The notes under the pieces: generated by a model
Told to the model about the DNA's origin: nothing
Seen by the model: only the letters and a program-made list of their open reading frames with translations
The model's database searches: none
Origin: Felis catus
Taxonomy: Eukaryota
Reading direction: 5' to 3'
Length of the DNA stretch: 64,000 nt
NCBI RefSeq assembly: GCF_018350175.1
Contig: NC_058368.1
Coordinates: forward strand, 182,902,001 to 182,966,000
Made by a program: the position numbers and the translations under genes
Shown here: positions 1 through 10,699 of the stretch, one piece after another
How the letters are laid out: each line of letters begins with the position of its first letter
How positions within the stretch are numbered: the stretch's first letter is position 1

Positions 1-59
1 CCCTCATCATCTCTCCTTTGCAAACACCCTTCCGTTCCTTGCCCTTCTCCAACTTTGAT

Positions 60-1460
60 GCAGAGTTTGACAAGATCACATCCTGATAAGCTTCAACATT
101 CCACCTACTCTACATCTGCACCCATGAAGCTAGCTGCAAGTGCCTAAAGGAAAGTTCCTGTTGTCACTAGTTGGTTTCACTTTAACTTTGTATACAGGAA
201 TTTCAAAATGAGTCCTTACTGCTGCAAGGCAATTAAGGGAAAACTTCTCAGCCCATTCACACTCTCTTAGTTACCTTTCTTCCTTAAACCCCTATTATCT
301 CCTCCTCTGCCCTCACTTTCCACTGGTGACCTTGCTGGTTGTTGCACAAACCAACTAAGAACAATGTGAAGACCATCACCCAGACTATCACCATCATGCA
401 CCTACACCCTCTCCCTCTACATTCTTTTCCTGTTTCTCTTAATCTCCCATCTTTTAACTACAGGACTGTCTTTGGAACTGTGTAACTCACTTTCTTGATG
501 AGCTCATCCATTTTCTCCATTTTAAAAACATCAATATGCCGACTCAGATTTATAGCTCTGGCTCAGGCCTCTCTTTGAAAGCTCAACATTGTCTGCCCAC
601 AGACACTAATGTATCCATACCAAAGGTGAACTTACACCAAAACCTATTATGTTAATAGGCGTCCCTATCTCAGTATATACAAAGGTCAGCTTTTCAGATG
701 CTCACACCATCCTTCTCTTGCCTTTGTCTCTCACATCGTATATCCAATCCAGCAGAGGATAGCATTGGCTCTAACTTGAAATATATGCAGGGGCGTCTGG
801 GTGGCTCAGTCGGTTGTGCATCCGACTTCAGCTCATGTAACGATCTCACGGTCTGTGAGTTCGAGCCCCACATCGGGCTCTGTGCTGACAGCTCAGAGCC
901 TGGAGCCTGCTTCGGATTCTTTGTCTCCTTCTCTCTCTGACCCTCCCCCGTTCATGCTCTGTCTCTGTCTCAAAAATAAACATTAAAAACATTAATAAAA
1001 AAAGAAATATATGCAGACTTGGACAACTTCTTCCCAACTCCACTGTGAGGTCTACTCTGCTCTGAATCACCGTATTCTCTGGTGTAAACACTCTATAGCC
1101 TCCTTCCCCCCCAACTATTTCTCCCCTCACTGACCTATTTGCCATGTATTACTTTTCAAACTTAAATCATTTCACTCTTCAGTCTGATCTTACCAGAAAC
1201 ACCCCATTTCTCTCAGTTTAGAAGTAGTCTCCAAGGGTGTCTATACACTGGACCTATATACATGTACATCCTCATGTGTGGTTTTACTACTTGCTCACGC
1301 TGCTTGGACACATTGGCCTCTTGTTTTTCCTTTGACATGCCAAGCACACACACTTTAGGGCCTTTCCTCCAGCTGTTTCTCTCCCCGGAGTGGTCTTCTC
1401 CCAGATTATTTGCTTGGCTTACTGCCTCCATCCTATGTATTGCTTGTTCATTTTTGGTGG
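60..1460 (+). mobile_element. Degraded LINE-2 fragments, interrupted by the SINE at 791-1003
   Basis: Pyrimidine-rich sequence with L2-like phrases (aagctcaacattgtc, ttctcttgcctttgtctctcacatcgtatatccaatccagca, tagggcctttcctccagctgtttctctccccggagtggtcttctcccag). Boundaries approximate. Confidence 0.55.
791..1003 (+). mobile_element. Can-SINE (SINEC_Fc-like)
   Basis: tRNA head with A box tggctcagtcgg and B box gttcgagcc, CT-rich tract, A-rich tail; perfect TSD gaaatatatgcag at 778-790 and 1004-1016. Confidence 0.96.
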
Positions 1461-2199
1461 CCATGAAAAATCTCTGCTGCCAAACAATCCTGCCTTCATT
1501 TACCATCCTCTTTAGGTTGACACATGGGCTCTGCTTGTCCTACATGAACAAAGAATTGTCCAGGCTAAGTTGCTACTTAGATTGGTCTCCTCTCATGTTT
1601 ATCTCTGTGAATATGCTGGCATAATGACAGGCGTTCTAATACCTCCATGTACTGTGTTCCAAGCGAATTTAGGGCAGGTACTTTGCATACATTATCCCCG
1701 ATCCTCACAGCACCCCTATACAGTAGGTTTTAGCTTATCTATCCATCCATCAATTTACAGACCTATAGTAAGAGAGAGATACAGAGACAATCAGAATATT
1801 CCATGATATAAATAGGAGTTATTGTTTCATTCCAAGGTTGTAGGTGACTTTTTTCTTTCCTTTGTTTTTTTTGTATTCTCCAGTTATTATATACTCCCAA
1901 ATTGTTTTTTTAGATAGACAAAATATTTTAAAAAGTGAAGTTTTAGAATTCTTGGCTATCTAAACCAGATTAGTAAGTCCAATAATGGGAAAACAACGGA
2001 TTCTAAATTCTAGCACTTTCAATTCTATTTATTAAAACCAGGGTTCCAGCATACCTGCTTTCACAGATTACAGGACATCTATACTTCCCCTAAGTTTTCT
2101 TCAAAGCTTCTGTGCATTTGTCCTAATGCTCAACCATTTATGACCACAGGAGCTTATGATGACAAGGACTGGCTTGGGAAGGTAAAGTGGCAAGGGGAG

Positions 2200-2330
2200 G
2201 TGGGGAGGGTCCAACCTCAGCTATATTCTGTGACTTATTGGGCAAATCACTTAACCCTTTCAGGTCTCCTTTGTGTATTTCAGAGTTAGACTAGGTGACT
2301 TCCCATCTCCCTTCCAGCTCTAAAGCCTAT
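2200..2330 (+). mobile_element. MIR fragment
   Basis: MIR core-like tgtgacttattgggcaaatcacttaaccctttcaggtctcc and ccttccagctctaa. Confidence 0.55.
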
Positions 2331-2599
2331 GAAATAGCTGCCTCTTTCTCATCCCTGTCAATGCTGTCCTGGGAGGTCACCACTAAATAAACTGCAGTTG
2401 GAACATGGTAGACCTCAATTGTTTCTGAGTGAAAGAATGACTGTCCAGTAACTCTAAGGGACAAGAATGGCCAACCACAAACCCTTCGGCCATTGAACAG
2501 TCTTCCTCCCATCTCATCCCCTGGCTTCTGGACCTTAACAACGTAAACTGCTTAGGGTTCTGTGCGCCCCTCCCAAAGCATGTGTTTTAATTATTATAA

Positions 2600-3062
2600 A
2601 TTATTCAATATATTTAAACAAACAAACACACAGAAAGATAGTTCACCCATTTCTCTATTCCCCTGTCTCTGGCAAGTACCAAACTGTTCTTTTTATCTAT
2701 CAGTTTTTGATGTTGTTAAAGATTCCACATATAAAGCAGATCATAAGGTATTTTTATGGCTGTATTATATAGATACAGTTATAGATATATAGCTCACAAT
2801 TTCTTTATCCATTCATCATTCATCATTTAGGTTGTTTCCACATCTTGGCTATTGTAAATCATGTGTAATAACACAGGAGTAGAGGTAACTTTTTAAGTTA
2901 GTATTTTTTTTTTATAGATCAATACCCAGAAGTAGAATTGCTGGATTATATGGCAGCTCTATTTTTTTTGAGAAGCCTCCATACTGTTTTCACGATGATT
3001 ATACCAATTTTCATTCCCAGCAACAGTGCACAAGGTTTCTGTCTTCACATCCTTGCTAACAC
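2600..3062 (-). mobile_element. 5'-truncated LINE-1 3' end (L1MA/L1_Carn-like)
   Basis: Antisense L1 ORF2-end/3'UTR phrases: gattccacatata, tttctttatccattcatc, ttccacatcttggctattgtaaat, cccagaagtagaattgctgg, ctccatactgttttc. Confidence 0.85.
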
Positions 3063-3199
3063 CCCTCCTGTTCTTTGCCCAGATTTCACTTTTTCAATGA
3101 GCCCCCCCACCCTTACTTTACTGCCAACTTCATCCCATGCCCTGGCATCTCCAATCTGCTATTATTTTTTTTCCCTTGCATCATCCTTGTTTATCAGTA

Positions 3200-3330
3200 T
3201 GTCCACATCTCCATAATGTATACTCAGGAAAAACTGTAATCTTTACCTGCTTTTCTATCTGATACATTCTCAGTACCTAGAACAGAACCTAGAATATACT
3301 AAGACCTCAATAAACATATTTGAATAAATT
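3200..3330 (+). mobile_element. LINE-2 3' end fragment
   Basis: cagtacctagaacagaacctagaatatactaagacctcaataaacatatttgaataaat resembles the L2 3' terminus. Confidence 0.65.
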
Positions 3331-3674
3331 TCCAAATATTTGTCTGCATACCTTTTCCTTAGTAACATATTAAGTGAATTTTCTAAATGAGACCTAATAT
3401 GTACCGAGGTAAACATATAGCATATTAAACTTGACCATCCCAGTATTTGTTCTAATGGTTGATATTGCCCCTTAATTGCTGGCAGAAATTCTCAGTTTAC
3501 ATATGGCAGTTAATATAAAAAAAAAAAGAAAAGAAAAAAAATGAGATTAAGTCAATATTCCTTTACCTTAAGTATTTAAAAGGATGTAAAGTAAAATTTA
3601 GGAAAAAAAACCCTGCATTTTCTATTTCAAGAGGTTACGCTGATTGTTTATTATAGGAGCCACTAAGCAGTTGT

Positions 3675-3875
3675 TTTTAATTAACCAATTGTTTTTGAGA
3701 GAATGCATGTGTGCAAGTGGGGGAAGGGTAGAGAGCGATGGAGTAAGAGAAACCCAAACAGGCTCCATGCCCAGTGCAGAGCCCAATATGGGCCTTGATC
3801 CCACGACCTCGGGATCATGACCTGAGCTGATATCAAGAGTCAGATGCTTAACCAACTGAGCCACTCAGGTGCCCC
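3675..3875 (-). mobile_element. Can-SINE (older subfamily)
   Basis: Reverse-complement head actgagccactcaggtgcccc; degenerate TSD aggagccactaagcagtt / aggtagtcactaagtagtt. Confidence 0.92.
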
Positions 3876-4735
3876 AGGTAGTCACTAAGTAGTTTTAAAA
3901 AAATTACATCTGTAGCTCTTATAGACAAAATAAGAAATCAGCTTCGAAGGCTTGAGCTGATAAATTAATAAACTATTGGGTGGGACTTTTGACAGTTAAT
4001 AATCTTTAATTAATTTCATCATTGTTTATCCTTCAAGAAAAAAAGTGGGTATTCATTCTTAGGTCATTATTTTATTTAACACAATGAACTTAAGTTTAAA
4101 CTCTTGTGAGGGGCAAACCTTATTACATCCACCTCACAGATTAATAACATCTTGCACAAGGAGACTGAAGAAATGTAAAGGCCCCAAGCAATGAAAAATT
4201 ACGGCCTCATCATTCCCCCAATCTTGTATTTAGTTGAAAATAGGAACATATTTGAATTAAGGATAAAGAATTCAAAGAATTTGTTTTCCCTATGTTGACA
4301 ATTTTACTTAAATGACTTTTAAAAGTAGGTAATTTCACATAACATATGAATCTACCACTAAATTGAAGAAGTTTCCTCAAATCTTATGACCGACTCCCCT
4401 GGATTGCAATCTTACTTGTCTGCTCTTACACGGCGAGCCTGTTACTCAGATACCAACAGTTTTACACACATTTCTTAACAGGTTATTGGCTCTCGAGAGA
4501 AACATACAAGGATCTCCTCTTCCAATTTCTTTCGGGCATATCCAGCCTCTCCCCCTGCCCCGGCTGAGGTCAAATAAAACTTGCTCACACCAGCATGCTC
4601 AATGCATTAACTCATCAAATATTTTTGCTCTGCACATCAATCCCTACTTTGGGGAGCACCATGCTTTATACAAGAAAATCGATGTTCTTCTAAACCAAAG
4701 TTGCCAAACACGCTACTAACCTTGAGTAAATTTAC

Positions 4736-4787
4736 CTTCAGCAGCGAGTCTCTTTCCTCATTTGTGACCAGCACCTTCCTTCTGAAG
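4736..4787 (-). other. Candidate 52-nt exon (unidentified gene, possibly 5' UTR or alternative first exon)
   Basis: Minus strand: ttttccccag|CTTCAGAAGG...GCTGCTGAAG|gtaaat, within a TE-free, CpG-retaining block. Splice-site pattern only. Confidence 0.3.
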
Positions 4788-6449
4788 CTGGGGAAAACAC
4801 CTTTATTATAAGCGCTCCCAGACACTTTATTTATAACACCTGGAGATTGTAGTCAATTAGCTACACACTGCAAGCAAAGCCCATCAGGTGTATTTTATAA
4901 CTTTACATGCAGTGCAGTGATGAAAAGTATATATATCTATTTTTCCAGCTGAGGGGAGCAAAACTGAAGGCTAACAGGGAGAAAAAAGAAAGGAAGGAGA
5001 CAAAAGCATTGTTTTTTGATGGTTCCACTATCCTGTTGATAACTAATAGAAAAAGGAACCTCAAAAGCTGCAATTCTTCCCCTACCCCATGACTGGAATG
5101 GAAACTAGTGGAACACTGCGCTTCATTTCAACCTAATGTTCCAGAGGATTTTAGGAAAAGGTATAATACACATTCTTATTTAAAGATTTTTTAAAGGCAT
5201 GAAATATAATCTCTGAATTAACTTCAAAGAAACTGAATCCTGATACAGATAAGAGGCGCTTAGCTTCAGCAGTCAAGTGGCCCTTTGAAGACCTTCAATT
5301 GTATTTCATATGATGTACCCACCTCTCTCCTACTTGGGGAAATAGAAAAAGGGACAAAGATGAATGTTTTTTACCTGCATTAGATATAAGAACTAAGAGG
5401 AAGCTGAAGTATTCATGAGGATAATAAACTATTGTTTGTGACTGGCAAAACTTACTCAGATATCAAAGGACTCAATGAGAAAAAAGAGTGACGAGGGAGT
5501 GTGTATTATCAAATATTTTACTATTTTATCTCCATTCCAGCGTCTCTTCCCCTCCTTTTAAATAAGAACCCGGAATCACTACTAAGCATTAAAAAAATTG
5601 CTTTGTTGATTTTATCTTATTAGAGAACAAATATACTTTCCAATCCCTGTGATACTTAAACTATTTTTTTCTTTTTACATATTTTCAGATTCTATAACTA
5701 AAATTATAAAAGCTTATGCAAACAAAATGGGAAAAGAGTTTTGTAGATTGTAGGCCACACACAATGTAGTGATTGAGCTACTTTATGTAACAAAGTTATC
5801 TTATGTCAAAATATTAATTCAGTGAAATTGGAATTTAAGAATTTTCCTCACCTCCAAAATAATTGAATCAAATGGGGAAAATGCATCTGTATTTGTCCTT
5901 TAATTAAAAGCACAATCAGAAACACAACTGCGGACTATCACCTAAGAATTAAAATGCTAATTCTTTCAAAAGAAGAATTTATTTGATGTTCCCCTTTGAA
6001 ATGTAAGAAATATACAACAAAGAAAGGAGGAGAAAAATGCCATAGGAAGTCAAACACACATTTGCAAAGCTAATGGAACAAATTCACCACCATTTGACAT
6101 TTTGTTAAAGAAAAGCAGTCTTGCAGCTGGATAAAAGAACAATGCAAACAAAGACAGAAAAATACACAGTCTAAATTGATCTGTTGAACCCCAAAGCACT
6201 GAGATAGCCTTGTATAAAGTGTGCAGTTGAACCCTGAGCAACAGAGAAAATTTTTGTCGTAACTCTTCCCAGGATCAGAGGGAACTGTAGGTGATCTTTC
6301 CCTCTGCTTTTGTTTTCCTTTGTAAGAAGCTAACCTAGTTGAAGGACAAGAGTTTAAATCCCTAAACCCTCTTCAGGGTTAACAGATAAAATGCACAAAT
6401 GTGAATTAAGATTTCCCATCAGAAATGGTGTAAAGGAGACTGATGAACT

Positions 6450-6760
6450 GTTGCGGGGGTCGTGGGAGAGCCTAAGAGCAACCGTGGAAGTAATTACCTT
6501 TTCAGACCGTAATTAGCGCAGTGCACTAATTTGCTAGACTTGGCTTATTTTTGGATCTAAAACTTTTCGTCAACATGCCACTTTCGAAGGGAAAAGTGAA
6601 AACCAGATTCGTATTTTGTGCTTCCTAATAATAACGGAGCCCCTACATCATCCCTCCACAGCCAGCTTTCCACTGAACCGATTACTGAAATGAAAATGCT
6701 GTGATTAATATCCGGGATCGTATTGGCATGGAGCACAGTGTGCTAGGAATGCCGGATCCA
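6450..6760. promoter_or_regulatory. CpG-retaining patch (putative regulatory or promoter-proximal element)
   Basis: 13 CpGs counted in 6454-6754, against strong CpG depletion elsewhere outside young SINEs; several TAAT/TAATTA cores. Confidence 0.4.
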
Positions 6761-7074
6761 CATGGAAAATAAAGAACTTCTTATAAGCTCTGCATGGGAT
6801 GCCAAACAGCTGCCAAGTTAGAGGACCAATCACACTTTCCCTTTGCAAACATCCCCTTGGACCTCATCAAATTCCAACAAAATATTGAATCCATAACTGA
6901 TAGGAACCTGGCTTCAGGTGATACTGTTAACCTCCTAAGGTACTTATGAGCCCTTTTCAATTTAACCTGTATGTCCTGCAGCTCCTTTCCTGTACCATTG
7001 GAAAAATAATGGCTCTTTCCTCTAAAAACGTGGCCTTGGGCATGGGCAGATGCCTGGTGTGCTTATAAAGTTAC

Positions 7075-7215
7075 CTGTCTGCTTTGATATTGGCTTCTTC
7101 TTTAATTGCAGTAGTGTTGTGGGTAGAAAGGCCACAGCAGGATTTTTTCCTTTCACTGGCCTGATGAGTACTTTGGGGTCTGTCTTAATAAAGTCCTGTA
7201 GGAATATTTTCACCA
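7075..7215 (-). other. Candidate 141-nt exon (unidentified gene)
   Basis: Minus strand: branch-like actaat, then ccccatttcctctgaacag|TGGTG...GCAGACAG|gtaact. Length divisible by 3 with one open frame (VKIFLQDFIKTDPKV...); peptide not recognised. Confidence 0.3.
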
Positions 7216-8249
7216 CTGTTCAGAGGAAATGGGGATATCTTGTTAAATTAGTTTCACTCTACAGTGAGAATTTGCAGGGAGGAGGCAGAGCGAGAGATGT
7301 TTGCTCAGGAAGAATTGTTTCTGAAGAATACAGCTTCTCCTTACATTCAGCCCAGGTGGCCTGTGTGCTTTCGCTCTTCATCAGTTCTTTCTGGGGAGGT
7401 TTTCCCACAGCTTCCAGGCAGGGGGAAAGCAATGAAGGCGCTATCTCATGTGGATCTTACTTCCTGTGTCTGAGTGCATCATCTCCCTTTCTGAACATGC
7501 CCATCTCAGAGTACATTAAATTCAGAGAGGTAGATTGACTTAGCTCAAGACACAGTAGGGAAGCTGCACACAGAAAACAATATCAAATGACTGCAAGGGG
7601 ACCTTTAAAAGAAGTAAATTAACTCAACAACCAGCTGTGTGGATAGGAGTCCTGTTCGCACAGCTATCACAATTCTGCCACCAAGGCTTGATTAATATTA
7701 AAATAACAATTATACATATGTAAGATTCTGGAACGAGGAATTGCTTCTGTTCCTGAAATCTGTTTCTTTTCCCCAACACCTACTCAGCCTTTTTCCTCCT
7801 ATAGTGTATCAGTTAGAGCCAGAATAAGGAGTTCTGTAGGGAACCTCATTCTTTGTAGAACTGCAGGCTTCTTATGCAGCAAATCCCAGTAGCCAGGAAG
7901 CAGTGATTTCATGATTTATTAGCATTCAAACAAACTCTGTATAGATTCTCCCATTCCCAGTTCCTTCCTTAATATTCTACACCAACCCAAATCTTGTACG
8001 TGTCTGGGTTTTGGTCTCAATAAAGATCCATATGTGAGGCTCCTAGACCCTACAGGCTCAGTCTAAAGGTACTTTTTATTTTTACATGGTCAGTTCTGCA
8101 TTTCAGCCAGCAAAACTGATAAATTATTAAGCAAATATAGCATTAAAAGGGAAATGGCAGAACTCAAGAATACATAAATGAGAAAACAAACTTCTTTACA
8201 TATTATGAAATGACAACATTTACCAAAATCACTTTGATTCAGGAAAAGG

Positions 8250-8470
8250 GTACATTGAGCACCAACAGTGTGCCAAACTGTATTCTGAGCACTAAGGTGC
8301 ATTTTTAAATTACAAAACAAATGTTCCTTAACTACTTCCATTGAAATAAAACTCCGCACGATAAAAATTAATTGACTTTTCCAAGGTCACACAGCTAATA
8401 GAGCAGCAGAGTCAAGTCTGAAACCAAATCTCCTTATTCCCAATCCAATTTCCTTTTAACTCTACCACAC
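8250..8470 (-). mobile_element. MIR/L2 fragments
   Basis: cattgagcaccaacagtgtgccaaactg and ccaaggtcacacagctaatagagcagcagagtcaag are antisense MIR-type phrases. Confidence 0.6.
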
Positions 8471-9654
8471 TCCTTATATCTCAGTGTCTAATTTCAAAGT
8501 CCAGGTTTTTGAAAGTCCAAAGATACAACACTGAAGCTTTGATTGTGGCAGAATGTCTCAGCCGTATTATCAGACCTCTGGGGAAATTACAATCTCCCCA
8601 AGTGCTTAACCAATTATCTTTATTTCCCCCCCACCTCATTTTCAACAGGCATAGTCTTTGGAGAAAACCTATGCACTAAATTACTTGGATCATTATATGG
8701 AATCACAACTTCTCTCCCAGTAAAACCAGTCTACTTTCCAAATTCTTTGAGATGATGGATAGTTTATGCCTTCTAATAAGATATGTCACTTAAGTATTTT
8801 ATTTTTTCTCCTGGCCTTTCTCCTTATTATTCCTTTAGTTTGGTTTTGTGTAATGTTGTTTTGGTTTTTATTGGGGTTGTTCTCAAACTTAAGCAGAAGA
8901 TTTCATTACAAATATTTTTAAAGGAGCCAGTTAAAAAGAGCTATTTTCTGTGGTATTTATTCTCCCATGAAGAAAGACTGTCTGCATTTATACAGGTTCC
9001 TTTTCTAAAATGGAGGTTTATTTTCTGAAAATTGCCACTTATATGCAGACTCCATTTCAAAAGTGTTCGTTTGAGAAATAGACAATTAGAACATTAGAAA
9101 GATGATACATGGATAGATAGAATCTGTGATGTTTAACGTAATCTGCTGCCATTAATTCTTTACTTTTAAAATGTTAGCCATTTGTGAACATTGACATGTC
9201 TATTTTCATTGCACATGCAACTGTCAACACACACACTTTATCTTCCCTTCCAAATAACCAAATTTTCTGAAATTCATTGTTCTCCAAGAAACAATCACTT
9301 AGAATTTTTAAATTATCATTATTTAATTCTTTCTATATTCATGTCTCAAGTAATTCCCACTTTCAGAAATATATTCTAAGAAAATCTTCATGGATATATG
9401 AATGGATTCCGAGAATATCTATCTAAACATTGTTTGTACTAGCAAACTATTGAAAAATAAATACCCTATAATAAAGGATCAAACACATTTATTATGGTAT
9501 TTTATATTATGGTAATAGTATATGACACAGCTATTTAAAATTATGTGGTAAAACCCTGAAAAGATGCAGTTGATTTACTTTTGTAAGAAAGAAAATGGGA
9601 TTACAAAATGGCATGAAGATTAAGATATCATTTTTGCAAAAGAATGTATGAATT

Positions 9655-9850
9655 GGAGCATTTGGGTGGCTCAGTCAGTTGAGCATCTGATTCATGATTT
9701 CGGCTCAGGTCATGACCTCACGATTGAGACTGAGCCCTACTTCAGGCTCTGTGTTGAAAGCATGGAACCTGCTTGGGATTCTCTCTCTCTCCTTCTCTCT
9801 ACCTCTTGCTATCTCTCTTTCTCAAAAATAAATAAACATTAAAAAAATTT
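9655..9850 (+). mobile_element. Can-SINE (first of tandem pair)
   Basis: Head tgggtggctcagtcagtt, CT tract, aataaa-containing tail. Confidence 0.92.
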
Positions 9851-9852
9851 AA

Positions 9853-10100
9853 GGGGCACCTGGGTGGCTTAGTCAGTTAAGCGTACAACCGGCTCAAGTC
9901 ATGATCTCACGGTTCATGGGTTCAAGCTGTGCATCAGGCTCTGTGCCAATAGCTCAGAGCCTGGAGCCTGCCTTTGGATTCTATATCTCCTTCTTGGCCC
10001 CTCCCTTGCTCTCATTCTGCCTCTTTCTGTCTCTCACTCTCTCTCTCTCTCTCTCTCTCCCAAAAATAAAATAGTATTTAAAAAAAATTTTAATTAGAAA
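9853..10100 (+). mobile_element. Can-SINE SINEC_Fc-like, inserted in the tail of the previous SINE
   Basis: ggggcacctgggtggcttagtcagtt, ctcagagcctggagcctg, (CT)n, A tail; outer repeat aaagaat(gt)atgaat brackets the pair. Confidence 0.92.
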
Positions 10101-10405
10101 AAAAGAATATGAATGGACGAAATAGTTGAAGGTATTGTTTTTAAGATTCTATCTGATACTATTTTGATCAACTCTTGAAATCCTACAGATAGAGTCAGTC
10201 AGATGAAAAGAAGGCTGAAACCTATATGGAATTTGGGTTTTAAGAGTTATTTCAGTATATTCTTCTTTCCTTCCTACCTTCTTCTTTCCCTCCTCATCTT
10301 TACACAAATTTGTGTTCTTTTCTTTAGCTTACTGTCATTGATTTTGCCAAAATAATAGATGCCACAGTTTAAATAAATTTATATTTTGTCAGTCATATAT
10401 ATCTT

Positions 10406-10699
10406 TTTCTTTTTTTTCTGTTTATTTACTTTTGAGAGAGAGAGTGCACACATGCAAGCAAGGTAGGAGCAGAGCGGGAGGGAGACAGAGAATCTGAAGC
10501 AGGCTCTATGCTGACTGCAGAGCCTGACACAGGGCTCAAACTCATGAACCTGAGAGAGAGAGACACACACAGAACCCGAAGCAGGCTCCAGGCTCTGAGC
10601 TGTTAGCATATTTCCCGATGCGGGTTTGAACCCCCAAACCGCGAGATCATGACCTGAGCCAAAGTCAAATGTTCACTGACTGAGCCACCTAGGCTCCCC
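10406..10699 (-). mobile_element. Chimeric Can-SINE with internally duplicated body
   Basis: One head at 10699, two B-box/body segments, one tail; TSD gtcagtcatatatatctt (10388-10405) / gtcagtcatctgtatctt (10700-10717). Confidence 0.9.

Noticed and set aside
791..870. tRNA-like A/B boxes here and in other SINE heads
   Set aside because: These are tRNA-derived SINE heads followed by CT tract, poly(A) and TSDs, not tRNA genes.
6967..7043. ATG-initiated minus-strand segment MPKATFLEERAIIFPMVQERSCRTY that would splice in frame to the 4736-4787 candidate
   Set aside because: Weak donor (gttaaa) and unrecognised peptide; frame compatibility has a 1-in-3 chance.
7050..7538. 162-aa plus-strand ORF in unique sequence
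   Set aside because: No recognisable domain or composition typical of a real protein; splice signals here point to the opposite strand. Not supportable without homology.
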